In this document: piece after piece, positions 1 through 8,235 of the stretch | How positions within the stretch are numbered: position 1 is the first letter of the stretch | Layout: every line of letters starts with the position of its first letter | Source: Candidatus Zixiibacteriota bacterium | GTDB taxonomy: Bacteria > Zixibacteria > MSB-5A5 > GN15 > JAAZOE01 | Assembly (NCBI GenBank): GCA_043819555.1 | Contig: JBDREQ010000017.1 | Coordinates: forward strand, 1-12,421 | Length of the DNA stretch: 12,421 nt | Direction of reading: 5' to 3' | Translations under genes and position numbers: made by a program | The notes under the pieces: generated by a model | Seen by the model: only the letters and a program-made list of their open reading frames with translations | What the model was told of the DNA's origin: nothing | The model's database searches: none

Positions 1-363
1 CTTCCGACTACCATGGCTCCATAACAAGGCCGTACTCATAACCCTACGATAGTTCGTTGTTTCCGAAGTTGTTATTCTCGCGCTCTACCGAACCCGATGG
101 GGAATTTCTTAGTCCAATTAGTAAGGTGAAAATTCAGGCTATCTGCCATGAAATTATGTCCATAATTATTTGCAAATATTTACACACTTTGTGTCATGGA
201 AATGAAAAACACATGCGGGTAGATATCAATTAAAGGGGGCATTCAGTACGAGACTTGCGTTAAAGTTATGATATAGAAATCTTTAGGGTTTAGGGGTATC
301 GCTGAGTAGCGATATCGATACGATATATTGGCATAGTCGCTGAGAAAAATCAATGAAAAACCC

Positions 364-687
364 CCGGAACGGTGTTGCGCTCACCCATCGGTTTGAGCTT
401 TGACCCGGAATTTCAGGCGATAAAGAAACGAGAACCAGGTTAACATCCGGCAAGCGGTTGGGTTGCCATACCGACCGCAGCGCATCTAGAGCAGCTAACT
501 CCGAGCTGTTAAAGGGTTCGGCAGCAAAAACAAGCAAATGATCCAGCCTACCGTCACCGTCTTCATCTGTAGGCAGGTAGAAGGCGTGCCGATGGCCATT
601 AATGGGTTTGCCGTCTGGATGTTTCCCGCTGAAAACAGGCGATACACGGGTCGGGCCGTCGTTTTCAATGCGTTTATGAATCCCCAT
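364..687 (-). pseudogene. csb2: Internal fragment of type I-G (I-U) CRISPR-associated Csb2 (Cas5/Cas6-like RAMP, GSU0054 family); the ORF runs on to 283 through unrelated sequence
   Basis: Translation MGIHKRI...SPVFSGKHPDGKPINGHRHAFYLPTDEDGDGRLDHLLVFA.EPF..SELAALDALR...WVSATPF matches the recalled Csb2 signature (FSGK..G.P..H.HA.YLP.D.DGDG..DH; W.S.TPF). Similarity stops after SATPF (~367). In-frame sequence upstream of 687 is unrelated and hits a stop at 724-726. About 107 aa, versus several hundred for full-length Csb2. Confidence 0.8.
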
Positions 688-1037
688 TTGAGATATTAAA
701 AGGCAGCCAATATAACATGGTTTTTAGACAGTCAAATCGATGATATTAACGAAGCTCGCCACCGTAAGCGGATGCGGTATTAAAATCGTAATAAATCCTT
801 GTTGCCCCAAACGGCAGCTATGTTTCTGTTGGTCCTATGAGACTTTACGTACCTTTGTTGGAATAAGACCATCAATTAAGGGGTCTATTCAGATCAATTG
901 ATGAAGGAAATCCACCGAAAAACATCAATCTTTACAACGGCGGTTTGTTGGAACGGAACCATGATAGGCAAGATCCTGGTAAAAAGGCTTCGGTTTATCC
1001 TCACTATGACCAAGCAATTTTTGTGAACGCGTACTAT

Positions 1038-1889
1038 CTATTGTACCCCGGGAACACTAGCTTTGATTTCATATTGTGCAATTTCCGGCAACCCAATCTG
1101 TTCCAGCAAGGCATCGCGCTTTTTTCTTAACTTTACATCATGCGGTGAGATTTCAATCAAAGCTGAAATTTCAGCAAAAGCGTCATACCAAATCCCTGCA
1201 GCCGCATATATATTAGATGCTATTGCTTTATCTAAAAGAGATAGTTTGGCCTTCAACTCATCTGAAATTTCAATGTATTTGACAGCCCCCCATGCAAGAA
1301 TGTCTTTTGAGCGGCGGTTCGGATCGGGTATTATTGCTATAAACCACTTATAGACCAAACCTTGCTGGAGATGCACACCATAGTCGACTAACCGAATAGT
1401 CCGGATACCCGGCTGCACAGGAGCGCTAAGGCGCGTTTCTAAGAGTGGGTAGATTGCCTGATCCTCAATGACGGTTAGTTCGATGGGATGAGTTGTCAAT
1501 TCCCTAAGAAACCAGTAGAGTCGGGGTTGATCTCGGACTGTCAACGCCGTGTCATCCGGTGTAATAACGCATAGAAGAGAAGGGTATTCATCCAAAATAC
1601 CTCGTGTTCCTCCTGCTATACGACCTACCGGCGCGCCGCGAAGAGGAGGTCTGTAAGCCGGCATACGAGCAGGGGATGTTATCTCTTCCTTCTTTAGCTT
1701 TATATCCGGGGATCTTGATTTTCTTTTTTCAGGTACCATATTATCATCCATTTTGGATTTTTCGTCTATTGCCTGGACAATCTTTTGTAGTTCCTCCTTA
1801 ATTTGATCATCTGAGGCAAAAACTGACTGAGGCATCAGTAAAATATATCCTGCAATTATAATCCACGTTGAAAGGTTGATATTCGACAT
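1038..1889 (-). CDS. DUF928 domain-containing exported protein (283 aa)
   Basis: N-terminal signal-peptide-like segment (WIIIAGYILLMPQSVFA|S); G-A-P-x-G-R-x-A-G-G-T-R-G motif; LT...QP.LYWF; L..G..YKW; C-terminal YAAAGIWYDAF...P.D..L...LLEQIGL, all typical of DUF928. AGGAGG RBS at 1896-1901. Confidence 0.88.
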   Translation of the reverse strand: MSNINLSTWIIIAGYILLMPQSVFASDDQIKEELQKIVQAIDEKSKMDDNMVPEKRKSRSPDIKLKKEEITSPARMPAYRPPLRGAPVGRIAGGTRGILDEYPSLLCVITPDDTALTVRDQPRLYWFLRELTTHPIELTVIEDQAIYPLLETRLSAPVQPGIRTIRLVDYGVHLQQGLVYKWFIAIIPDPNRRSKDILAWGAVKYIEISDELKAKLSLLDKAIASNIYAAAGIWYDAFAEISALIEISPHDVKLRKKRDALLEQIGLPEIAQYEIKASVPGVQ

Positions 1890-1895
1890 AGCATG

Positions 1896-1901
1896 CCTCC
1901 T
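1896..1901 (-). promoter_or_regulatory. Shine-Dalgarno site of the DUF928 gene
   Basis: CCTCCT on + (AGGAGG on -), 6 nt upstream of the ATG at 1889. Confidence 0.8.
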
Positions 1902-1920
1902 GGAATTTATTTCTGGGTTT

Positions 1921-3822
1921 TCACATTCTGCCCAGGATTTGGTAAATGGTTATTTTCTGCTTCTTGCCTTTGAGGTTCTCTTTTCCAACCATCTGACTCT
2001 TGAATTGATCGCCCAGGTAATAGATAGTTGATTCTCCAATCAGAATGCGACAAAGACTTTCCTTAGCAAAGTTTTGGTCATAACTTTCAAGTCTTGCAGC
2101 GATATTGACCGTATCTCCTATAGTTGTATATTTTAATCTTCTTGTGCTTCCTAATGCTGCGGCCACTACAGATCCGGTAAAAATCCCGATGCGTATTCCT
2201 GTACTGGGAAAGTTCTGCTTACGCCAGAGATTATTTAGTCTGCGAATTTCTCTTTCCATGGCAAGGGCACAATTTACCGCATTGACAGCATCCTGGCTAA
2301 TCTCATCCTGGGTGTTTCGAGGTAGTGGTACGCCAAAATTGGCCTTGATACCGTCGCCGAAATAATCGTCAACGACACCCCCATGGTCCATCACCGCTTT
2401 GGTCATGGATTCCATATAAGTATTCAGCCAATCCACAAACGAATTCGGATCCAGCTTTTCAGACAGCGAAGTAAATCCTTTCAAATCTGAAAACAATACA
2501 GTAACGGTTAATTTTTGAGGACGAGGGCGGCCATTATTTAAGAATTCTTCTCGCTGCTGCCATATAGAATCGGCAACCTCAGGGGAGACGTATCTTGAAA
2601 ACAATTGCATCAGAAGTGACCGCTGCTTTTTCTCACGGTTCGACATATGAGCGGTAACAATAGAGGCGCAAATAAGCCAAGACATGGCTGGAGGAACAAC
2701 CGGAATCCACCATGCTCTCAAAAAGGCAAGATATGTAATCAAAAATAGGGTGAGAAGATTGGCTGAGCCAATCAGTGAAAAGTGCCAAGGCGACCTGATA
2801 CGGAACCCTATTAGGCCTCCCATCACACTCCAGATCAATATCCACACCATTTCTTGTTTTTCGCTGACACTTTTTCTGGGGCGTCTTCCCTCAAGGGCTA
2901 ATCTTAGCAGCTGGTTTACGATATGAGCGTGTACAACAACTCCAGATAGTTGCTGATGCATTCGAAATCTTCGACTGTGTGGTGTATAAAAAAAGTCTTT
3001 CACGCTTTGAGCCATAACGCCTATGATGATAATTTTGTCTCTAATATCCTTCGAAGGAACTTTCCCGGACAAAAGGCTTGTCAATGAAAATGTTTGAAAT
3101 ATCTCCGGGGTACTGCCAAAATCAACTAAAAATTGATATCCTCTTGCATCTGCTCGAACATATCCACCTTCGTTTGGTTCCAGGGGGGGAATAGTAGTTC
3201 CTCCAAGTGCAATATACTGCGGATTAGACAAATCAGGTTGCGGTAGAATGCCTTCGACCCGCAAATATTGTAATGCCAGTCGTAGGCTGAAAGAATAAAA
3301 TATTTTTTCACCATCATCTAAAAAAAGCAGCCCTCGACGAACAATTCCGCCAGGGTCAACCAAAATATCATTGAAGCCTACCCGGTCAGTATCACTGATC
3401 ACGTGAGGCGGCGGTACTCCATTATCCCCGAATTTCGATACCGCTATGATATATTGATTTTCTTTAAGAATTGAATCGAACTCCTCACTTCCGGGCGGCA
3501 CACCGATATCTCGAAAGATATCCAGACCTATTGCGCGCGGTTTATAACGAATGAGAGTATCAAGCACCTCCGCCATGGTTGCATCCGTAATTGGCCAGCG
3601 CCCCTGAGTTCGAATATCGTCTTCAGTTATTCCGATGATAACAATGGGTGGTGATGATCCGGAAGTTTCCGGCTGTAATCTGACAAATCCATCATACGCC
3701 AAAAGCTCAAGATACTCGAGGTACCCCGCACTGCGTAAGGCGATGATGGCCAAAAAAATAACTCCACTGACCAAAATTGTTGTAATATAGGGAAAAAATG
3801 GTAGACTGCGTAATTTAACCAT
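1921..3822 (-). CDS. CHASE2-domain membrane-bound class III adenylate/guanylate cyclase (633 aa)
   Basis: N-terminal TM helix; CHASE2 motifs (LELLAYD, IVIIGITEDDI..GRWP, PRAIGLDIFRD, D.GG.VRR, KIIIIG, GVVVHA); three TM helices; cyclase core LFSDLKGFT (D446), GD (D490), IRIGIFTGSVV, GDTVNIAARLE (N573/R577), LKGK. Confidence 0.95.
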   Translation of the reverse strand: MVKLRSLPFFPYITTILVSGVIFLAIIALRSAGYLEYLELLAYDGFVRLQPETSGSSPPIVIIGITEDDIRTQGRWPITDATMAEVLDTLIRYKPRAIGLDIFRDIGVPPGSEEFDSILKENQYIIAVSKFGDNGVPPPHVISDTDRVGFNDILVDPGGIVRRGLLFLDDGEKIFYSFSLRLALQYLRVEGILPQPDLSNPQYIALGGTTIPPLEPNEGGYVRADARGYQFLVDFGSTPEIFQTFSLTSLLSGKVPSKDIRDKIIIIGVMAQSVKDFFYTPHSRRFRMHQQLSGVVVHAHIVNQLLRLALEGRRPRKSVSEKQEMVWILIWSVMGGLIGFRIRSPWHFSLIGSANLLTLFLITYLAFLRAWWIPVVPPAMSWLICASIVTAHMSNREKKQRSLLMQLFSRYVSPEVADSIWQQREEFLNNGRPRPQKLTVTVLFSDLKGFTSLSEKLDPNSFVDWLNTYMESMTKAVMDHGGVVDDYFGDGIKANFGVPLPRNTQDEISQDAVNAVNCALAMEREIRRLNNLWRKQNFPSTGIRIGIFTGSVVAAALGSTRRLKYTTIGDTVNIAARLESYDQNFAKESLCRILIGESTIYYLGDQFKSQMVGKENLKGKKQKITIYQILGRM

Positions 3823-3837
3823 GATGGCTTTTCAGTT

Positions 3838-6252
3838 TTACAACCAGTTGCTAATCAATAGAAAAGGAGACCAATAGCCCGGGTGCTGAAAACGCCGATC
3901 ACCGAAAAGTCTCAATTGTGCACGCTGAAGAGCTTTGGCCCTGGTCGTCGTCGGCCCCTGAAGTTGGCGGTAAAATTCTCCAACCAAAATGGATGAAGCT
4001 AAATCATTAATATGCCAGAGCGTAGCAAGAGCACTTCTAGCACCGGCCTTAATGGCTATACCGGCAAGTCCTAAAGCAGCCAAATCATCACCAGCAGCAG
4101 TTTCACACGCGCTGAGTGTCAGGATTTCCAAAGGGTTATCACGAAATTGAAGCAGCCCAATATATCGATTTAGATTGTCAATTGATAGTTTTTCGTCAAA
4201 TGTAAGAAGGAACGTTTTGTCAACCTCATTTCCAAACTGGGCATGGGAAGCAATATGCAAAATGGTATATTGTTCATCATGTAAATATTTTTCAATATTC
4301 GAAATGAGGAAATCCTGATTGAGTAATAACTTACTGGCATAAAGATTTTGGATGGTCCGCAACTCTGAAGAAATATAAGGCATGGATGGAAATCCTTGAA
4401 CAGATTTCGTTAATGCAAATATCAGAGCTTTTCTAATCTCCGCTGCAATGGGTTTGGGGTCAGTAAGATCGAGACTCGGCGTAATCGCAAGTGCATATTT
4501 TTCGATTAGAAATTGATTGCCATCATGAAGGGCTGCCATAGGAATTGTCCGCAGAGGACCGTCTGGAACGAAGACCATTGTATCAATGGTGCTGGAATCC
4601 AAGTCGGATTCCATGGGGCGGATAAGCCAGTCGTAAAGCTTTTGGGCGTGAGGAAGAAATTCCCGGGTCGTTCGCTTTTCCAGCATTTTACGAAACGTCT
4701 TAACCTCTTGGGCGAGGGTTTCTTTTCTGACTTTCACAGTAAACCTCTTCAAACCATCAGGCAGAGTGAAAAGCACTTCGGTACGGTCTTTTAGTACGAT
4801 AGGATAAACAATCACCGCTGCCTTTGAGACTTCATCAAGCTTAGTAATTCCTAATCGGGCAGCATCTACACAATCGTCTTGATAGTAATTACGCAATTCA
4901 TAAATCTTTTGTAGCTCCACGACCTCACGCGCTTCAACAAGATATGGCTTATACTTATCGGGCTCCTTAATTGATGCAGCACGTTTAAGAAGCAAATCTG
5001 CTAATTCAAAACTAACTTGTGCAGTGCTTTCACGGATTGTGGAATGATACCTTCCATAACACCCGGACGTTTCTAAACGAATTGATTGAAGTGTATAGAG
5101 GGTACTCCTGTAATGCGAAATGGCGTTATCAATTTTATCCAATGATTTTAATATTCGTCCCGCTTGCCACTGCCACCTGAATAGTGCCTCACCGGCACTA
5201 ATTTCTTGTGCCTTAAAAATTGCCATTCGCGTTAAATGCTGTGCTTCCTGATACCGCTGTCCGTTTTCATATAAATTTCCCAAATAACCAAATGCATAGG
5301 ACAACGCGAGATTGTCATCAATTATTTCAGCAACATCGGCAGCCTCATTGAACATTTCTGAGGCTAGTCTCAAGAGTAAATTCTTTGATTCAGGAAAATA
5401 TGGAAATAAAGTTTGATATGCCAAACCTATATTGATCAGTCCATATGCTTTGATGTGTGAATCTTCCAAACTCCGAGTCTGAACCAAAGCTTCATACAGC
5501 AGCGATTTAGACTTCTCATATTGTCCGTTTCGCATTGTAGCCGTCGCCGCGTTTGTGAGTGCTATCCCTCTTAATTGACGGTTACCGATACTTTCTGAAA
5601 GCATCACGCTTTCCATGTATGCGTCATAAGCTTCATTGTATTTTTTCCCATTGGTGTAAAAGTTCCCCAGATTATTGAGAATGGATGCCGTAAGTTTGGG
5701 AACCCCCAAATTTCTAGACATCTTAAGACTTTCATCCAGATATCGATAAGCTTCATTTGTCTGACCCACTCCAAGGTAGATACTGCCGGTAAGATTTAAA
5801 GCCAGGGCTACTCGGATTTGGTCGCCCGAATCTTTTGCCACTTCAATAGCTGCTTTTGAACTTTCCAGGGCATTTTCGAATTGTCCGATGGACTGGTATG
5901 CCTGAGAGAGTTGAATAAGTGTTTCGCATTGTTTTTTAAGGTTTTTTTCTTTCCCGTATAAACGTACAGCATCTTCAAATTTTGAAATCGCTTGATCGAA
6001 AGCACCTCTTTGAAAATATTGTATACCTTCAGTTAGCAATTTTTTTGATGATTGTTCACTTGGTTGAGAGGATATGCTTGCTAATGTTTGATCTTCAACT
6101 CTCTTTTGGGGCGTGCAACCATAAGATAAAATTACAAGAATGCATGTCATCCATAGGCTGGGGGAAAAAAGAAAAAATAATAAAACCAATAACGGCCGGG
6201 TGTATTGACGCTTGCGCAGTTGCCTTTTTTTAATTACAATACTTAAGCTCAT
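3838..6252 (-). CDS. TPR-repeat + CHAT domain protease (clan CD, caspase/separase-like), probably exported or a lipoprotein (804 aa)
   Basis: Multiple TPR-like repeats (ALALNLTGSIY..G...EA..YL..SL; ASILNNLGNFY; LSYAFGYLGNLYE). CHAT motifs LYDWLIRP, FVPDGPLRTIPMAAL, ILHIASHA (H670), LTLSACETA (C716), AGARSALATLW, ALQRAQL, HPGYWSPF. Basic plus hydrophobic N-terminus ending LSYG-C46. Confidence 0.95.
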   Translation of the reverse strand: MSLSIVIKKRQLRKRQYTRPLLVLLFFLFSPSLWMTCILVILSYGCTPQKRVEDQTLASISSQPSEQSSKKLLTEGIQYFQRGAFDQAISKFEDAVRLYGKEKNLKKQCETLIQLSQAYQSIGQFENALESSKAAIEVAKDSGDQIRVALALNLTGSIYLGVGQTNEAYRYLDESLKMSRNLGVPKLTASILNNLGNFYTNGKKYNEAYDAYMESVMLSESIGNRQLRGIALTNAATATMRNGQYEKSKSLLYEALVQTRSLEDSHIKAYGLINIGLAYQTLFPYFPESKNLLLRLASEMFNEAADVAEIIDDNLALSYAFGYLGNLYENGQRYQEAQHLTRMAIFKAQEISAGEALFRWQWQAGRILKSLDKIDNAISHYRSTLYTLQSIRLETSGCYGRYHSTIRESTAQVSFELADLLLKRAASIKEPDKYKPYLVEAREVVELQKIYELRNYYQDDCVDAARLGITKLDEVSKAAVIVYPIVLKDRTEVLFTLPDGLKRFTVKVRKETLAQEVKTFRKMLEKRTTREFLPHAQKLYDWLIRPMESDLDSSTIDTMVFVPDGPLRTIPMAALHDGNQFLIEKYALAITPSLDLTDPKPIAAEIRKALIFALTKSVQGFPSMPYISSELRTIQNLYASKLLLNQDFLISNIEKYLHDEQYTILHIASHAQFGNEVDKTFLLTFDEKLSIDNLNRYIGLLQFRDNPLEILTLSACETAAGDDLAALGLAGIAIKAGARSALATLWHINDLASSILVGEFYRQLQGPTTTRAKALQRAQLRLFGDRRFQHPGYWSPFLLISNWL

Positions 6253-6313
6253 AACCTGCCCCTGCCATTTTCAAGAAGAATAAATGAAGTCAATCAATAT
6301 CTTCTATTACTCT

Positions 6314-8044
6314 TTAAAACGCTGAAACAGCAAATTGAAAACTAATTCCTTTGTCTTGCATATTATTTTCTATATCGATATCGACATCTCTAAGTTTATA
6401 GCCATAATAAATTTCAAATTGCGGTCTCAGACGAAGGGAAGGAAAAAAAGTAGCAGCCCATCTCAATCCAACTCCAATACTGTAAATGTTTCTAGGACCG
6501 GAAGGAGTCGGAAAGTCGGTATTCTTAGCCCATCCCCAATCAAAAAAAGGGACCACTTGGAGGTAATCAGCCCAGGGTTTATCACGTATCAACGAAATGC
6601 GAGATTCAAATGAGGCGACCACGGCATTGTCACGTACAAAAAAGTTTTCGGGGTATCCGCGAACGGTGTATCTACCCCCCACGGCAGCCTGTTCAAGCGA
6701 TATAAGAGGGTCGGCGGAAAATTGTAATAGAGTTCGAAAAATCAACTGGGTGTCCAATGGTTTAAAACGCCTTGCCCATTGAAACTGCCCCAGCCATAAA
6801 AAAAATTCCCCGTCCGGAAGTCCGGTTATACGTGTCGTAGCGTCAAGGGCATCGATTCCCAGGCTGAAACGAGATCTTGCCGCTATTACCTGTTTCTGTG
6901 TTCGATACATCCATTCCTGCGCAAAACGCAATGGGGTAACCTTAACTTCACCATCCACCTCACCAGGTTCAAATGAAAAAGGGTTGTCCAGTAAGGTTGT
7001 TTTTTGTTTTGCGTGTTCCCCGATAAGAGATAGTGCAAACTCCTGGCTTAAACTTCTGTAAATAGGGTATCTCAAAGCGATGGAGTATATATCTGTATCG
7101 GTTTCAATATCCAAATCTTCAAACGCTTCTCTAACAAGATCAAAATCATTTTTTCTGTACCTCAAACTTAAGGTTATGTCTCTAGCCGTGAAGGGGAATG
7201 AATACCAGGCATCGATTTTGGGTTTCAGCCCCTCCGCCTGGCCCCATGTAAAGCTTAAAATGTCACCGTTCCCCGTCAGACTAAGAGCCTCACCGGTAAG
7301 CTGTACCTGCTCACCTCCGACGCTATCGGATATGTAGTTGTCATATCCGGCCCAAAATTTGAGGGGTATCTTTTCTTCAACAACCAGGTTTAAATCACTT
7401 TCACCGCGTTTTACACCGGGTTTAAGTTCCGCATTGATTCTCTGAATGCGTGGGTCTTCCTGTAAAATTCGTAGCCTTTTCTGCAAATTCTCTATTTTTA
7501 CAGGCGGCCCGGCTCCAAGAGCAATCCGTTTCTTATAGTAGCTGTCACGAAGATACTTATTGTCTTCGATTTCTATGTTTTTCAACTCGCCTTCGATAAT
7601 GTGTAAGCTGATTACACCGTCAACCACGGTTTGATCCGGAATGACGGCACCGGATGTAATATACCCTTTGGTGATATAAAAAAGTGTCAGGTCCTTGCGA
7701 AGCACCTCCAGGTTTTCGCTTGTTAATTCGCGGTTTTCATAAGGCGCCGTTACTTTTGCCAGTTCTTCATCAGAAAAAACCGTGCTGCCCGTCACAATGA
7801 TTTTGCGAATATAAACGCGCTCAAAAGGTAATTCACCTGGTTTTTTTTGGGGAGGGGGAGATGGCAGTGGTAAGATCAATTTCGGAGGAGGACCGGGTGG
7901 TTTTTCTTCTATCAACGGCGGGCGTTTATCACCGGGTTGCCCGCTCGGTTCCATGGGAATCGGCTCTTGTGCAAAAGCTGAATTGCCTGCCATAAAGGCA
8001 ATAATCAATCCGGCCAGAATTAATGTAAATTTGTAGGCGTTCAT
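6314..8044 (-). CDS. ShlB/FhaC/HecB-family two-partner secretion outer-membrane transporter (TpsB); alternative GTG start at 8059
   Basis: Signal peptide ending AFA|Q; Pro-rich linker; POTRA-type segment (I.VTGSTVFS..EL......YEN.EL....L......T.FY..KGYITS); second POTRA (I.AELKPG...GES.L); Omp85 loop-6 motif TVRGY; FFDWG; C-terminal Phe (FQFAVSAF). Confidence 0.95.
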   Translation of the reverse strand: MNAYKFTLILAGLIIAFMAGNSAFAQEPIPMEPSGQPGDKRPPLIEEKPPGPPPKLILPLPSPPPQKKPGELPFERVYIRKIIVTGSTVFSDEELAKVTAPYENRELTSENLEVLRKDLTLFYITKGYITSGAVIPDQTVVDGVISLHIIEGELKNIEIEDNKYLRDSYYKKRIALGAGPPVKIENLQKRLRILQEDPRIQRINAELKPGVKRGESDLNLVVEEKIPLKFWAGYDNYISDSVGGEQVQLTGEALSLTGNGDILSFTWGQAEGLKPKIDAWYSFPFTARDITLSLRYRKNDFDLVREAFEDLDIETDTDIYSIALRYPIYRSLSQEFALSLIGEHAKQKTTLLDNPFSFEPGEVDGEVKVTPLRFAQEWMYRTQKQVIAARSRFSLGIDALDATTRITGLPDGEFFLWLGQFQWARRFKPLDTQLIFRTLLQFSADPLISLEQAAVGGRYTVRGYPENFFVRDNAVVASFESRISLIRDKPWADYLQVVPFFDWGWAKNTDFPTPSGPRNIYSIGVGLRWAATFFPSLRLRPQFEIYYGYKLRDVDIDIENNMQDKGISFQFAVSAF

Positions 8045-8096
8045 AGGTCCAGAGTTCACCCCCGCCCGACGGATGGCAGGCGGAATTCAGGGTTAC
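8033..8096. repeat. Short repeat element, copy 1 (GTAGGCGTTCA...GGGTTAC), overlapping the tpsB start codon
   Basis: 8033-8051 GTAGGCGTTCATAGGTCCA matches 8106-8124 GTAAGCGTTCACAGGTTCA at 16/19. Both copies end in GGTTAC. Internal GC hairpin CCGCCCGAC/GGCAGGCGG at 8062-8083. Confidence 0.55.
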
Positions 8097-8105
8097 CTTT
8101 CTTTC

Positions 8106-8173
8106 GTAAGCGTTCACAGGTTCAACGCTCATGAATCAACGGTTCAGATTGGACGTGAACCCTGAACGGTTAC
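8106..8173. repeat. Short inverted-repeat element, copy 2 (68 bp, REP/MITE-like)
   Basis: Left end GTAAGCGTTCA and right end TGAACGGTTAC (reverse complement GTAACCGTTCA) match at 10/11, extending imperfectly (GGTTCAACG / CGTGAACC). Internal GGTTCA units. No target duplication found. Confidence 0.7.
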
Positions 8174-8235
8174 CAAAATAGCTATTTCAGATGAATGCCA
8201 ACTTTTTAGTTGCCCGACCATATATGACATAATCA

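Noticed and set aside
1..150. Possible gene start or riboswitch at the left edge
   Set aside because: Only very short ORFs and no recognisable riboswitch consensus; cannot be supported from this window.
720..1037. Degenerate CRISPR array next to csb2 (TTTGTTGGAA at 854-863 and 944-953)
   Set aside because: Only two 10-bp copies 90 bp apart, with no 28-37 bp repeat and no regular period.
283..6252. Craspase-like CRISPR-guided protease system (cas gene near TPR-CHAT)
   Set aside because: Craspase pairs Csx29 with type III-E Cas7-11. Here the cas gene is a broken type I-G csb2, there is no array, and the CHAT has an export signal and belongs to the TPS/CHASE2/DUF928 cluster.
945..7337. Short overlapping ORFs (945-1130, 1063-1353, 1604-1801, 2105-2365, 2633-2845, 2684-2926, 3126-3317, 4513-4794, 5808-6005, 5982-6233, 6335-6613, 6597-6782, 7080-7337)
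   Set aside because: Antisense or out-of-frame overlaps with well-supported genes; no motifs.
7929..8132. 67-aa minus-strand ORF between tpsA and tpsB
   Set aside because: It is a translation of the repeat elements (EPVNAY) running out of frame into tpsB.
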